Source of the DNA: Giardia intestinalis
Taxonomy: Eukaryota
Length of the DNA stretch: 64,000 nt
Direction: 5' to 3' (one strand)
NCBI GenBank assembly: GCA_000002435.2
Contig: CM018793.1
A program made the position numbers and the translations under genes. The notes under the pieces were generated by a model. It did not search any database. It saw only the letters and a list, made by a program, of their open reading frames with translations, and was not told the origin of the DNA. This document shows, one piece after another, positions 20,101 to 32,100 of the stretch; positions within the stretch are counted from its first letter, which is position 1; each line of letters begins with the position of its first letter.

Positions 20101-23100
20101 GGCCTCAAGGCGGCGGATGGCCTCGTCGCCGCCCTGCGCCTGCTGTGCCTTGGCGCGGAACTTCTCGGCGGCATCGGCGAGGGCCTCTGTGCCTGCTGCT
20201 GCGTGTGCCTCGAGCTCGGCGATTTTGGCGCGGGCGTCGGCAAGCCTTTCTTCGGCGGCCTTGGCCTGAGCCTCCAGCTCTGCAGCGCGCTCTGCAAGCG
20301 CCTCTGCGTCGCGAGCACGCACGGCATCTTCGGCCGCCTGCTCGCGGAGGCGCGCCAGCTCCTCGGAGAGATCCTCGAGCTGGGCCGCCTTGAGCTGGGC
20401 GTCTTCCTGGTGGGCGGCGGCCTGCTCGCGCGCTTCACGGAGCGCCGCTGCGTTCTCGGCTGCGTCGCGGCGGAGGGCTGCAAGCTCCTGCTGAAGCTGC
20501 TGCGCGGCGTCGCCGTGGTCGGCAATCCCGTCGATCGCCTCTGCAAGCGCCTTCTCGCGGGCCTCGAGCTTGTCTGTAAGGGCGGCGCTTTCGTCTTCGA
20601 GGCGACGGATCCTGTTCTGGGCGTCCTCGAGCGCGCCGTCTGTAGCGCTTCTTTTGAGGTCCATGGCAGTAAGCTGGCGCTCGCGGTCCCGGACCTCCTC
20701 TGCTCGCGCTTCGGCCTTGCGGCCCAGCGATTGAAGGGCACTCTCCAGCTCGTCGACGCGGTTGCGCAGCCGTGCCGTCTTGGCGGCGCTTTCTTCTGCT
20801 TGCTCTGCCCTTGCGGCTGCCTCGTCCTCCAGGGCTTGAATCCGCGTTCTGGCGGCCTCGACACTGGCCGTTGTTCGGGAAAGTTCGTCACTCAGCTGGC
20901 CGATCTCCTTGTCCTTTGCATCAAGGGTGGCATGGAGGTCATCTCGCTCGGCCTCGAGTTGAACGATGCGCTCTGCAGCGCCTTCATTGTCTTGCGCACG
21001 TAGTTGTTGAAGCTCGCGCTCGCGGTTGTCTGCCTCCTCGCGAAGTCTTTCTGCCTCATTCCGGAGCATGTCAAGCGCCACTGTCTTCTCATCGAGCTCG
21101 CCCTGCTTTTGCTCCAGCTCCTTCCTAAGAGCGCTTGCTTCAATAGTATAAATTTGAGTATCTGACATCTGTGATTTAAGCTCACTAACAAAATCTTCCA
21201 ACCGTTGAGTACGTTCTTTGGAATCGTTCGCTCTTTCCTCTGATGCCTTATTTAATTTTTTCAGGTCTGCTACCTCTGTCAAAAGTTCCTTTTTGTCGCG
21301 CTCGAGTTGAGCCACGCGATCAACAAGATCTTGAGATTCCTCTGCCTCTAGTTTCATAGTGGCAATTTCATCCATTTGTGCATTTAAGTTATCCAATAGC
21401 TCCGCCATCTGAATTTCATTGGCTTGTGCCTCATGGGTTCGTCTGGCAAATTCCATCTGGGACGCGACAAGCGTCTGCTGGAGTTGGATGATCTCCTCTT
21501 GGTGCTGGCGAATCGCTTGTCGAAGATCTGGGATGGTATCCTGCATCTCGCGGATCTGGGCCTTGGCGTCGTTCATGGCTCCGAGGTTTTCGGTCAGGGC
21601 AGAGACCCTGTCCTCAGCGGCGGCGAGCTGGGCGCGGGCGGTCTGCAGGGCGTCCTGGGCCTCCGCCAGCTGAGCCGCGAGGGCATCTCGCTCGGCCTCC
21701 AGATTCTTGTGCTCGGCCTCCAGAGCTGCGGCCTCGTCGAGGGCCTTATCGAGGGCCGCACGGGCCTCATCGCGCTCGGCCTCTGCAGCACGCACGTCGG
21801 CCTCAAGGCGGCGGATGGCCTCGTCGCCGCCCTGCGCCTGCTGTGCCTTGGCGCGGAACTTCTCGGCGGCATCGGCGAGGGCCTCTGTGCCTGCTGCTGC
21901 GTGTGCCTCGAGCTCGGCGATTTTGGCGCGGGCGTCGGCAAGCCTTTCTTCGGCGGCCTTGGCCTGAGCCTCCAGCTCTGCAGCGCGCTCTGCAAGCGCC
22001 TCTGCGTCGCGAGCACGCACGGCATCTTCGGCCGCCTGCTCGCGGAGGCGCGCCAGCTCCTCGGAGAGATCCTCGAGCTGGGCCGCCTTGAGCTGGGCGT
22101 CTTCCTGGTGGGCGGCGGCCTGCTCGCGCGCTTCACGGAGCGCCGCTGCGTTCTCGGCTGCGTCGCGGCGGAGGGCTGCAAGCTCCTGCTGAAGCTGCTG
22201 CGCGGCGTCGCCGTGGTCGGCAATCCCGTCGATCGCCTCTGCAAGCGCCTTCTCGCGGGCCTCGAGCTTGTCTGTAAGGGCGGCGCTTTCGTCTTCGAGG
22301 CGACGGATCCTGTTCTGGGCGTCCTCGAGCGCGCCGTCTGTAGCGCTTCTTTTGAGGTCCATGGCAGTAAGCTGGCGCTCGCGGTCCCGGACCTCCTCTG
22401 CTCGCGCTTCGGCCTTGCGGCCCAGCGATTGAAGGGCACTCTCCAGCTCGTCGACGCGGTTGCGCAGCCGTGCCGTCTTGGCGGCGCTTTCTTCTGCTTG
22501 CTCTGCCCTTGCGGCTGCCTCGTCCTCCAGGGCTTGAATCCGCGTTCTGGCGGCCTCGACACTGGCCGTTGTTCGGGAAAGTTCGTCACTCAGCTGGCCG
22601 ATCTCCTTGTCCTTTGCATCAAGGGTGGCATGGAGGTCATCTCGCTCGGCCTCGAGTTGAACGATGCGCTCTGCAGCGCCTTCATTGTCTTGCGCACGTA
22701 GTTGTTGAAGCTCGCGCTCGCGGTTGTCTGCCTCCTCGCGAAGTCTTTCTGCCTCATTCCGGAGCATGTCAAGCGCCACTGTCTTCTCATCGAGCTCGCC
22801 CTGCTTTTGCTCCAGCTCCTTCCTAAGAGCGCTTGCTTCAATAGTATAAATTTGAGTATCTGACATCTGTGATTTAAGCTCACTAACAAAATCTTCCAAC
22901 CGTTGAGTACGTTCTTTGGAATCGTTCGCTCTTTCCTCTGATGCCTTATTTAATTTTTTCAGGTCTGCTACCTCTGTCAAAAGTTCCTTTTTGTCGCGCT
23001 CGAGTTGAGCCACGCGATCAACAAGATCTTGAGATTCCTCTGCCTCTAGTTTCATAGTGGCAATTTCATCCATTTGTGCATTTAAGTTATCCAATAGCTC

Positions 23101-26100
23101 CGCCATCTGAATTTCATTGGCTTGTGCCTCATGGGTTCGTCTGGCAAATTCCATCTGGGACGCGACAAGCGTCTGCTGGAGTTGGATGATCTCCTCTTGG
23201 TGCTGGCGAATCGCTTGTCGAAGATCTGGGATGGTATCCTGCATCTCGCGGATCTGGGCCTTGGCGTCGTTCATGGCTCCGAGGTTTTCGGTCAGGGCAG
23301 AGACCCTGTCCTCAGCGGCGGCGAGCTGGGCGCGGGCGGTCTGCAGGGCGTCCTGGGCCTCCGCCAGCTGAGCCGCGAGGGCATCTCGCTCGGCCTCCAG
23401 ATTCTTGTGCTCGGCCTCCAGAGCTGCGGCCTCGTCGAGGGCCTTATCGAGGGCCGCACGGGCCTCATCGCGCTCGGCCTCTGCAGCACGCACGTCGGCC
23501 TCAAGGCGGCGGATGGCCTCGTCGCCGCCCTGCGCCTGCTGTGCCTTGGCGCGGAACTTCTCGGCGGCATCGGCGAGGGCCTCTGTGCCTGCTGCTGCGT
23601 GTGCCTCGAGCTCGGCGATTTTGGCGCGGGCGTCGGCAAGCCTTTCTTCGGCGGCCTTGGCCTGAGCCTCCAGCTCTGCAGCGCGCTCTGCAAGCGCCTC
23701 TGCGTCGCGAGCACGCACGGCATCTTCGGCCGCCTGCTCGCGGAGGCGCGCCAGCTCCTCGGAGAGATCCTCGAGCTGGGCCGCCTTGAGCTGGGCGTCT
23801 TCCTGGTGGGCGGCGGCCTGCTCGCGCGCTTCACGGAGCGCCGCTGCGTTCTCGGCTGCGTCGCGGCGGAGGGCTGCAAGCTCCTGCTGAAGCTGCTGCG
23901 CGGCGTCGCCGTGGTCGGCAATCCCGTCGATCGCCTCTGCAAGCGCCTTCTCGCGGGCCTCGAGCTTGTCTGTAAGGGCGGCGCTTTCGTCTTCGAGGCG
24001 ACGGATCCTGTTCTGGGCGTCCTCGAGCGCGCCGTCTGTAGCGCTTCTTTTGAGGTCCATGGCAGTAAGCTGGCGCTCGCGGTCCCGGACCTCCTCTGCT
24101 CGCGCTTCGGCCTTGCGGCCCAGCGATTGAAGGGCACTCTCCAGCTCGTCGACGCGGTTGCGCAGCCGTGCCGTCTTGGCGGCGCTTTCTTCTGCTTGCT
24201 CTGCCCTTGCGGCTGCCTCGTCCTCCAGGGCTTGAATCCGCGTTCTGGCGGCCTCGACACTGGCCGTTGTTCGGGAAAGTTCGTCACTCAGCTGGCCGAT
24301 CTCCTTGTCCTTTGCATCAAGGGTGGCATGGAGGTCATCTCGCTCGGCCTCGAGTTGAACGATGCGCTCTGCAGCGCCTTCATTGTCTTGCGCACGTAGT
24401 TGTTGAAGCTCGCGCTCGCGGTTGTCTGCCTCCTCGCGAAGTCTTTCTGCCTCATTCCGGAGCATGTCAAGCGCCACTGTCTTCTCATCGAGCTCGCCCT
24501 GCTTTTGCTCCAGCTCCTTCCTAAGAGCGCTTGCTTCAATAGTATAAATTTGAGTATCTGACATCTGTGATTTAAGCTCACTAACAAAATCTTCCAACCG
24601 TTGAGTACGTTCTTTGGAATCGTTCGCTCTTTCCTCTGATGCCTTATTTAATTTTTTCAGGTCTGCTACCTCTGTCAAAAGTTCCTTTTTGTCGCGCTCG
24701 AGTTGAGCCACGCGATCAACAAGATCTTGAGATTCCTCTGCCTCTAGTTTCATAGTGGCAATTTCATCCATTTGTGCATTTAAGTTATCCAATAGCTCCG
24801 CCATCTGAATTTCATTGGCTTGTGCCTCATGGGTTCGTCTGGCAAATTCCATCTGGGACGCGACAAGCGTCTGCTGGAGTTGGATGATCTCCTCTTGGTG
24901 CTGGCGAATCGCTTGTCGAAGATCTGGGATGGTATCCTGCATCTCGCGGATCTGGGCCTTGGCGTCGTTCATGGCTCCGAGGTTTTCGGTCAGGGCAGAG
25001 ACCCTGTCCTCAGCGGCGGCGAGCTGGGCGCGGGCGGTCTGCAGGGCGTCCTGGGCCTCCGCCAGCTGAGCCGCGAGGGCATCTCGCTCGGCCTCCAGAT
25101 TCTTGTGCTCGGCCTCCAGAGCTGCGGCCTCGTCGAGGGCCTTATCGAGGGCCGCACGGGCCTCATCGCGCTCGGCCTCTGCAGCACGCACGTCGGCCTC
25201 AAGGCGGCGGATGGCCTCGTCGCCGCCCTGCGCCTGCTGTGCCTTGGCGCGGAACTTCTCGGCGGCATCGGCGAGGGCCTCTGTGCCTGCTGCTGCGTGT
25301 GCCTCGAGCTCGGCGATTTTGGCGCGGGCGTCGGCAAGCCTTTCTTCGGCGGCCTTGGCCTGAGCCTCCAGCTCTGCAGCGCGCTCTGCAAGCGCCTCTG
25401 CGTCGCGAGCACGCACGGCATCTTCGGCCGCCTGCTCGCGGAGGCGCGCCAGCTCCTCGGAGAGATCCTCGAGCTGGGCCGCCTTGAGCTGGGCGTCTTC
25501 CTGGTGGGCGGCGGCCTGCTCGCGCGCTTCACGGAGCGCCGCTGCGTTCTCGGCTGCGTCGCGGCGGAGGGCTGCAAGCTCCTGCTGAAGCTGCTGCGCG
25601 GCGTCGCCGTGGTCGGCAATCCCGTCGATCGCCTCTGCAAGCGCCTTCTCGCGGGCCTCGAGCTTGTCTGTAAGGGCGGCGCTTTCGTCTTCGAGGCGAC
25701 GGATCCTGTTCTGGGCGTCCTCGAGCGCGCCGTCTGTAGCGCTTCTTTTGAGGTCCATGGCAGTAAGCTGGCGCTCGCGGTCCCGGACCTCCTCTGCTCG
25801 CGCTTCGGCCTTGCGGCCCAGCGATTGAAGGGCACTCTCCAGCTCGTCGACGCGGTTGCGCAGCCGTGCCGTCTTGGCGGCGCTTTCTTCTGCTTGCTCT
25901 GCCCTTGCGGCTGCCTCGTCCTCCAGGGCTTGAATCCGCGTTCTGGCGGCCTCGACACTGGCCGTTGTTCGGGAAAGTTCGTCACTCAGCTGGCCGATCT
26001 CCTTGTCCTTTGCATCAAGGGTGGCATGGAGGTCATCTCGCTCGGCCTCGAGTTGAACGATGCGCTCTGCAGCGCCTTCATTGTCTTGCGCACGTAGTTG

Positions 26101-29100
26101 TTGAAGCTCGCGCTCGCGGTTGTCTGCCTCCTCGCGAAGTCTTTCTGCCTCATTCCGGAGCATGTCAAGCGCCACTGTCTTCTCATCGAGCTCGCCCTGC
26201 TTTTGCTCCAGCTCCTTCCTAAGAGTTCCAAGCTCCATTTCCTGCATCCCTGCATCTATCTGCTTGCTCTTGAGCTCTGACAAATAATCTTCGAGCATTT
26301 GGGTGCGCTCCTTCGAATCGGAAGCCTGCTGCTCGAGATGAGAAAGTGCATCAATCTTGTCGTGTGCTTCCTGGAGCTCGCGACGAAGCTCAGCGATTTC
26401 GTCTGCCTGACGCTGTGCTAAAGTGTCTTTATCTCTGGCTGCTTCTTCTAAATAGTGGACCTGGGCCTTGGCGTCGTTCATGGCTCCGAGGTTTTCGGTC
26501 AGGGCAGAGACCCTGTCCTCAGCGGCGGCGAGCTGGGCGCGGGCGGTCTGCAGGGCGTCCTGGGCCTCCGCCAGCTGAGCCGCGAGGGCATCTCGCTCGG
26601 CCTCCAGATTCTTGTGCTCGGCCTCCAGAGCTGCGGCCTCGTCGAGGGCCTTATCGAGGGCCGCACGGGCCTCATCGCGCTCGGCCTCTGCAGCACGCAC
26701 GTCGGCCTCAAGGCGGCGGATGGCCTCGTCGCCGCCCTGCGCCTGCTGTGCCTTGGCGCGGAACTTCTCGGCGGCATCGGCGAGGGCCTCTGTGCCTGCT
26801 GCTGCGTGTGCCTCGAGCTCGGCGATTTTGGCGCGGGCGTCGGCAAGCCTTTCTTCGGCGGCCTTGGCCTGAGCCTCCAGCTCTGCAGCGCGCTCTGCAA
26901 GCGCCTCTGCGTCGCGAGCACGCACGGCATCTTCGGCCGCCTGCTCGCGGAGGCGCGCCAGCTCCTCGGAGAGATCCTCGAGCTGGGCCGCCTTGAGCTG
27001 GGCGTCTTCCTGGTGGGCGGCGGCCTGCTCGCGCGCTTCACGGAGCGCCGCTGCGTTCTCGGCTGCGTCGCGGCGGAGGGCTGCAAGCTCCTGCTGAAGC
27101 TGCTGCGCGGCGTCGCCGTGGTCGGCAATCCCGTCGATCGCCTCTGCAAGCGCCTTCTCGCGGGCCTCGAGCTTGTCTGTAAGGGCGGCGCTTTCGTCTT
27201 CGAGGCGACGGATCCTGTTCTGGGCGTCCTCGAGCGCGCCGTCTGTAGCGCTTCTTTTGAGGTCCATGGCAGTAAGCTGGCGCTCGCGGTCCCGGACCTC
27301 CTCTGCTCGCGCTTCGGCCTTGCGGCCCAGCGATTGAAGGGCACTCTCCAGCTCGTCGACGCGGTTGCGCAGCCGTGCCGTCTTGGCGGCGCTTTCTTCT
27401 GCTTGCTCTGCCCTTGCGGCTGCCTCGTCCTCCAGGGCTTGAATCCGCGTTCTGGCGGCCTCGACACTGGCCGTTGTTCGGGAAAGTTCGTCACTCAGCT
27501 GGCCGATCTCCTTGTCCTTTGCATCAAGGGTGGCATGGAGGTCATCTCGCTCGGCCTCGAGTTGAACGATGCGCTCTGCAGCGCCTTCATTGTCTTGCGC
27601 ACGTAGTTGTTGAAGCTCGCGCTCGCGGTTGTCTGCCTCCTCGCGAAGTCTTTCTGCCTCATTCCGGAGCATGTCAAGCGCCACTGTCTTCTCATCGAGC
27701 TCGCCCTGCTTTTGCTCCAGCTCCTTCCTAAGAGCGCTTGCTTCAATAGTATAAATTTGAGTATCTGACATCTGTGATTTAAGCTCACTAACAAAATCTT
27801 CCAACCGTTGAGTACGTTCTTTGGAATCGTTCGCTCTTTCCTCTGATGCCTTATTTAATTTTTTCAGGTCTGCTACCTCTGTCAAAAGTTCCTTTTTGTC
27901 GCGCTCGAGTTGAGCCACGCGATCAACAAGATCTTGAGATTCCTCTGCCTCTAGTTTCATAGTGGCAATTTCATCCATTTGTGCATTTAAGTTATCCAAT
28001 AGCTCCGCCATCTGAATTTCATTGGCTTGTGCCTCATGGGTTCGTCTGGCAAATTCCATCTGGGACGCGACAAGCGTCTGCTGGAGTTGGATGATCTCCT
28101 CTTGGTGCTGGCGAATCGCTTGTCGAAGATCTGGGATGGTATCCTGCATCTCGCGGATCTGGGCCTTGGCGTCGTTCATGGCTCCGAGGTTTTCGGTCAG
28201 GGCAGAGACCCTGTCCTCAGCGGCGGCGAGCTGGGCGCGGGCGGTCTGCAGGGCGTCCTGGGCCTCCGCCAGCTGAGCCGCGAGGGCATCTCGCTCGGCC
28301 TCCAGATTCTTGTGCTCGGCCTCCAGAGCTGCGGCCTCGTCGAGGGCCTTATCGAGGGCCGCACGGGCCTCATCGCGCTCGGCCTCTGCAGCACGCACGT
28401 CGGCCTCAAGGCGGCGGATGGCCTCGTCGCCGCCCTGCGCCTGCTGTGCCTTGGCGCGGAACTTCTCGGCGGCATCGGCGAGGGCCTCTGTGCCTGCTGC
28501 TGCGTGTGCCTCGAGCTCGGCGATTTTGGCGCGGGCGTCGGCAAGCCTTTCTTCGGCGGCCTTGGCCTGAGCCTCCAGCTCTGCAGCGCGCTCTGCAAGC
28601 GCCTCTGCGTCGCGAGCACGCACGGCATCTTCGGCCGCCTGCTCGCGGAGGCGCGCCAGCTCCTCGGAGAGATCCTCGAGCTGGGCCGCCTTGAGCTGGG
28701 CGTCTTCCTGGTGGGCGGCGGCCTGCTCGCGCGCTTCACGGAGCGCCGCTGCGTTCTCGGCTGCGTCGCGGCGGAGGGCTGCAAGCTCCTGCTGAAGCTG
28801 CTGCGCGGCGTCGCCGTGGTCGGCAATCCCGTCGATCGCCTCTGCAAGCGCCTTCTCGCGGGCCTCGAGCTTGTCTGTAAGGGCGGCGCTTTCGTCTTCG
28901 AGGCGACGGATCCTGTTCTGGGCGTCCTCGAGCGCGCCGTCTGTAGCGCTTCTTTTGAGGTCCATGGCAGTAAGCTGGCGCTCGCGGTCCCGGACCTCCT
29001 CTGCTCGCGCTTCGGCCTTGCGGCCCAGCGATTGAAGGGCACTCTCCAGCTCGTCGACGCGGTTGCGCAGCCGTGCCGTCTTGGCGGCGCTTTCTTCTGC

Positions 29101-32100
29101 TTGCTCTGCCCTTGCGGCTGCCTCGTCCTCCAGGGCTTGAATCCGCGTTCTGGCGGCCTCGACACTGGCCGTTGTTCGGGAAAGTTCGTCACTCAGCTGG
29201 CCGATCTCCTTGTCCTTTGCATCAAGGGTGGCATGGAGGTCATCTCGCTCGGCCTCGAGTTGAACGATGCGCTCTGCAGCGCCTTCATTGTCTTGCGCAC
29301 GTAGTTGTTGAAGCTCGCGCTCGCGGTTGTCTGCCTCCTCGCGAAGTCTTTCTGCCTCATTCCGGAGCATGTCAAGCGCCACTGTCTTCTCATCGAGCTC
29401 GCCCTGCTTTTGCTCCAGCTCCTTCCTAAGAGCGCTTGCTTCAATAGTATAAATTTGAGTATCTGACATCTGTGATTTAAGCTCACTAACAAAATCTTCC
29501 AACCGTTGAGTACGTTCTTTGGAATCGTTCGCTCTTTCCTCTGATGCCTTATTTAATTTTTTCAGGTCTGCTACCTCTGTCAAAAGTTCCTTTTTGTCGC
29601 GCTCGAGTTGAGCCACGCGATCAACAAGATCTTGAGATTCCTCTGCCTCTAGTTTCATAGTGGCAATTTCATCCATTTGTGCATTTAAGTTATCCAATAG
29701 CTCCGCCATCTGAATTTCATTGGCTTGTGCCTCATGGGTTCGTCTGGCAAATTCCATCTGGGACGCGACAAGCGTCTGCTGGAGTTGGATGATCTCCTCT
29801 TGGTGCTGGCGAATCGCTTGTCGAAGATCTGGGATGGTATCCTGCATCTCGCGGATCTGGGCCTTGGCGTCGTTCATGGCTCCGAGGTTTTCGGTCAGGG
29901 CAGAGACCCTGTCCTCAGCGGCGGCGAGCTGGGCGCGGGCGGTCTGCAGGGCGTCCTGGGCCTCCGCCAGCTGAGCCGCGAGGGCATCTCGCTCGGCCTC
30001 CAGATTCTTGTGCTCGGCCTCCAGAGCTGCGGCCTCGTCGAGGGCCTTATCGAGGGCCGCACGGGCCTCATCGCGCTCGGCCTCTGCAGCACGCACGTCG
30101 GCCTCAAGGCGGCGGATGGCCTCGTCGCCGCCCTGCGCCTGCTGTGCCTTGGCGCGGAACTTCTCGGCGGCATCGGCGAGGGCCTCTGTGCCTGCTGCTG
30201 CGTGTGCCTCGAGCTCGGCGATTTTGGCGCGGGCGTCGGCAAGCCTTTCTTCGGCGGCCTTGGCCTGAGCCTCCAGCTCTGCAGCGCGCTCTGCAAGCGC
30301 CTCTGCGTCGCGAGCACGCACGGCATCTTCGGCCGCCTGCTCGCGGAGGCGCGCCAGCTCCTCGGAGAGATCCTCGAGCTGGGCCGCCTTGAGCTGGGCG
30401 TCTTCCTGGTGGGCGGCGGCCTGCTCGCGCGCTTCACGGAGCGCCGCTGCGTTCTCGGCTGCGTCGCGGCGGAGGGCTGCAAGCTCCTGCTGAAGCTGCT
30501 GCGCGGCGTCGCCGTGGTCGGCAATCCCGTCGATCGCCTCTGCAAGCGCCTTCTCGCGGGCCTCGAGCTTGTCTGTAAGGGCGGCGCTTTCGTCTTCGAG
30601 GCGACGGATCCTGTTCTGGGCGTCCTCGAGCGCGCCGTCTGTAGCGCTTCTTTTGAGGTCCATGGCAGTAAGCTGGCGCTCGCGGTCCCGGACCTCCTCT
30701 GCTCGCGCTTCGGCCTTGCGGCCCAGCGATTGAAGGGCACTCTCCAGCTCGTCGACGCGGTTGCGCAGCCGTGCCGTCTTGGCGGCGCTTTCTTCTGCTT
30801 GCTCTGCCCTTGCGGCTGCCTCGTCCTCCAGGGCTTGAATCCGCGTTCTGGCGGCCTCGACACTGGCCGTTGTTCGGGAAAGTTCGTCACTCAGCTGGCC
30901 GATCTCCTTGTCCTTTGCATCAAGGGTGGCATGGAGGTCATCTCGCTCGGCCTCGAGTTGAACGATGCGCTCTGCAGCGCCTTCATTGTCTTGCGCACGT
31001 AGTTGTTGAAGCTCGCGCTCGCGGTTGTCTGCCTCCTCGCGAAGTCTTTCTGCCTCATTCCGGAGCATGTCAAGCGCCACTGTCTTCTCATCGAGCTCGC
31101 CCTGCTTTTGCTCCAGCTCCTTCCTAAGAGTTCCAAGCTCCATTTCCTGCATCCCTGCATCTATCTGCTTGCTCTTGAGCTCTGACAAATAATCTTCGAG
31201 CATTTGGGTGCGCTCCTTCGAATCGGAAGCCTGCTGCTCGAGATGAGAAAGTGCATCAATCTTGTCGTGTGCTTCCTGGAGCTCGCGACGAAGCTCAGCG
31301 ATTTCGTCTGCCTGACGCTGTGCTAAAGTGTCTTTATCTCTGGCTGCTTCTTCTAAATAGTGGACCTGGGCCTTGGCGTCGTTCATGGCTCCGAGGTTTT
31401 CGGTCAGGGCAGAGACCCTGTCCTCAGCGGCGGCGAGCTGGGCGCGGGCGGTCTGCAGGGCGTCCTGGGCCTCCGCCAGCTGAGCCGCGAGGGCATCTCG
31501 CTCGGCCTCCAGATTCTTGTGCTCGGCCTCCAGAGCTGCGGCCTCGTCGAGGGCCTTATCGAGGGCCGCACGGGCCTCATCGCGCTCGGCCTCTGCAGCA
31601 CGCACGTCGGCCTCAAGGCGGCGGATGGCCTCGTCGCCGCCCTGCGCCTGCTGTGCCTTGGCGCGGAACTTCTCGGCGGCATCGGCGAGGGCCTCTGTGC
31701 CTGCTGCTGCGTGTGCCTCGAGCTCGGCGATTTTGGCGCGGGCGTCGGCAAGCCTTTCTTCGGCGGCCTTGGCCTGAGCCTCCAGCTCTGCAGCGCGCTC
31801 TGCAAGCGCCTCTGCGTCGCGAGCACGCACGGCATCTTCGGCCGCCTGCTCGCGGAGGCGCGCCAGCTCCTCGGAGAGATCCTCGAGCTGGGCCGCCTTG
31901 AGCTGGGCGTCTTCCTGGTGGGCGGCGGCCTGCTCGCGCGCTTCACGGAGCGCCGCTGCGTTCTCGGCTGCGTCGCGGCGGAGGGCTGCAAGCTCCTGCT
32001 GAAGCTGCTGCGCGGCGTCGCCGTGGTCGGCAATCCCGTCGATCGCCTCTGCAAGCGCCTTCTCGCGGGCCTCGAGCTTGTCTGTAAGGGCGGCGCTTTC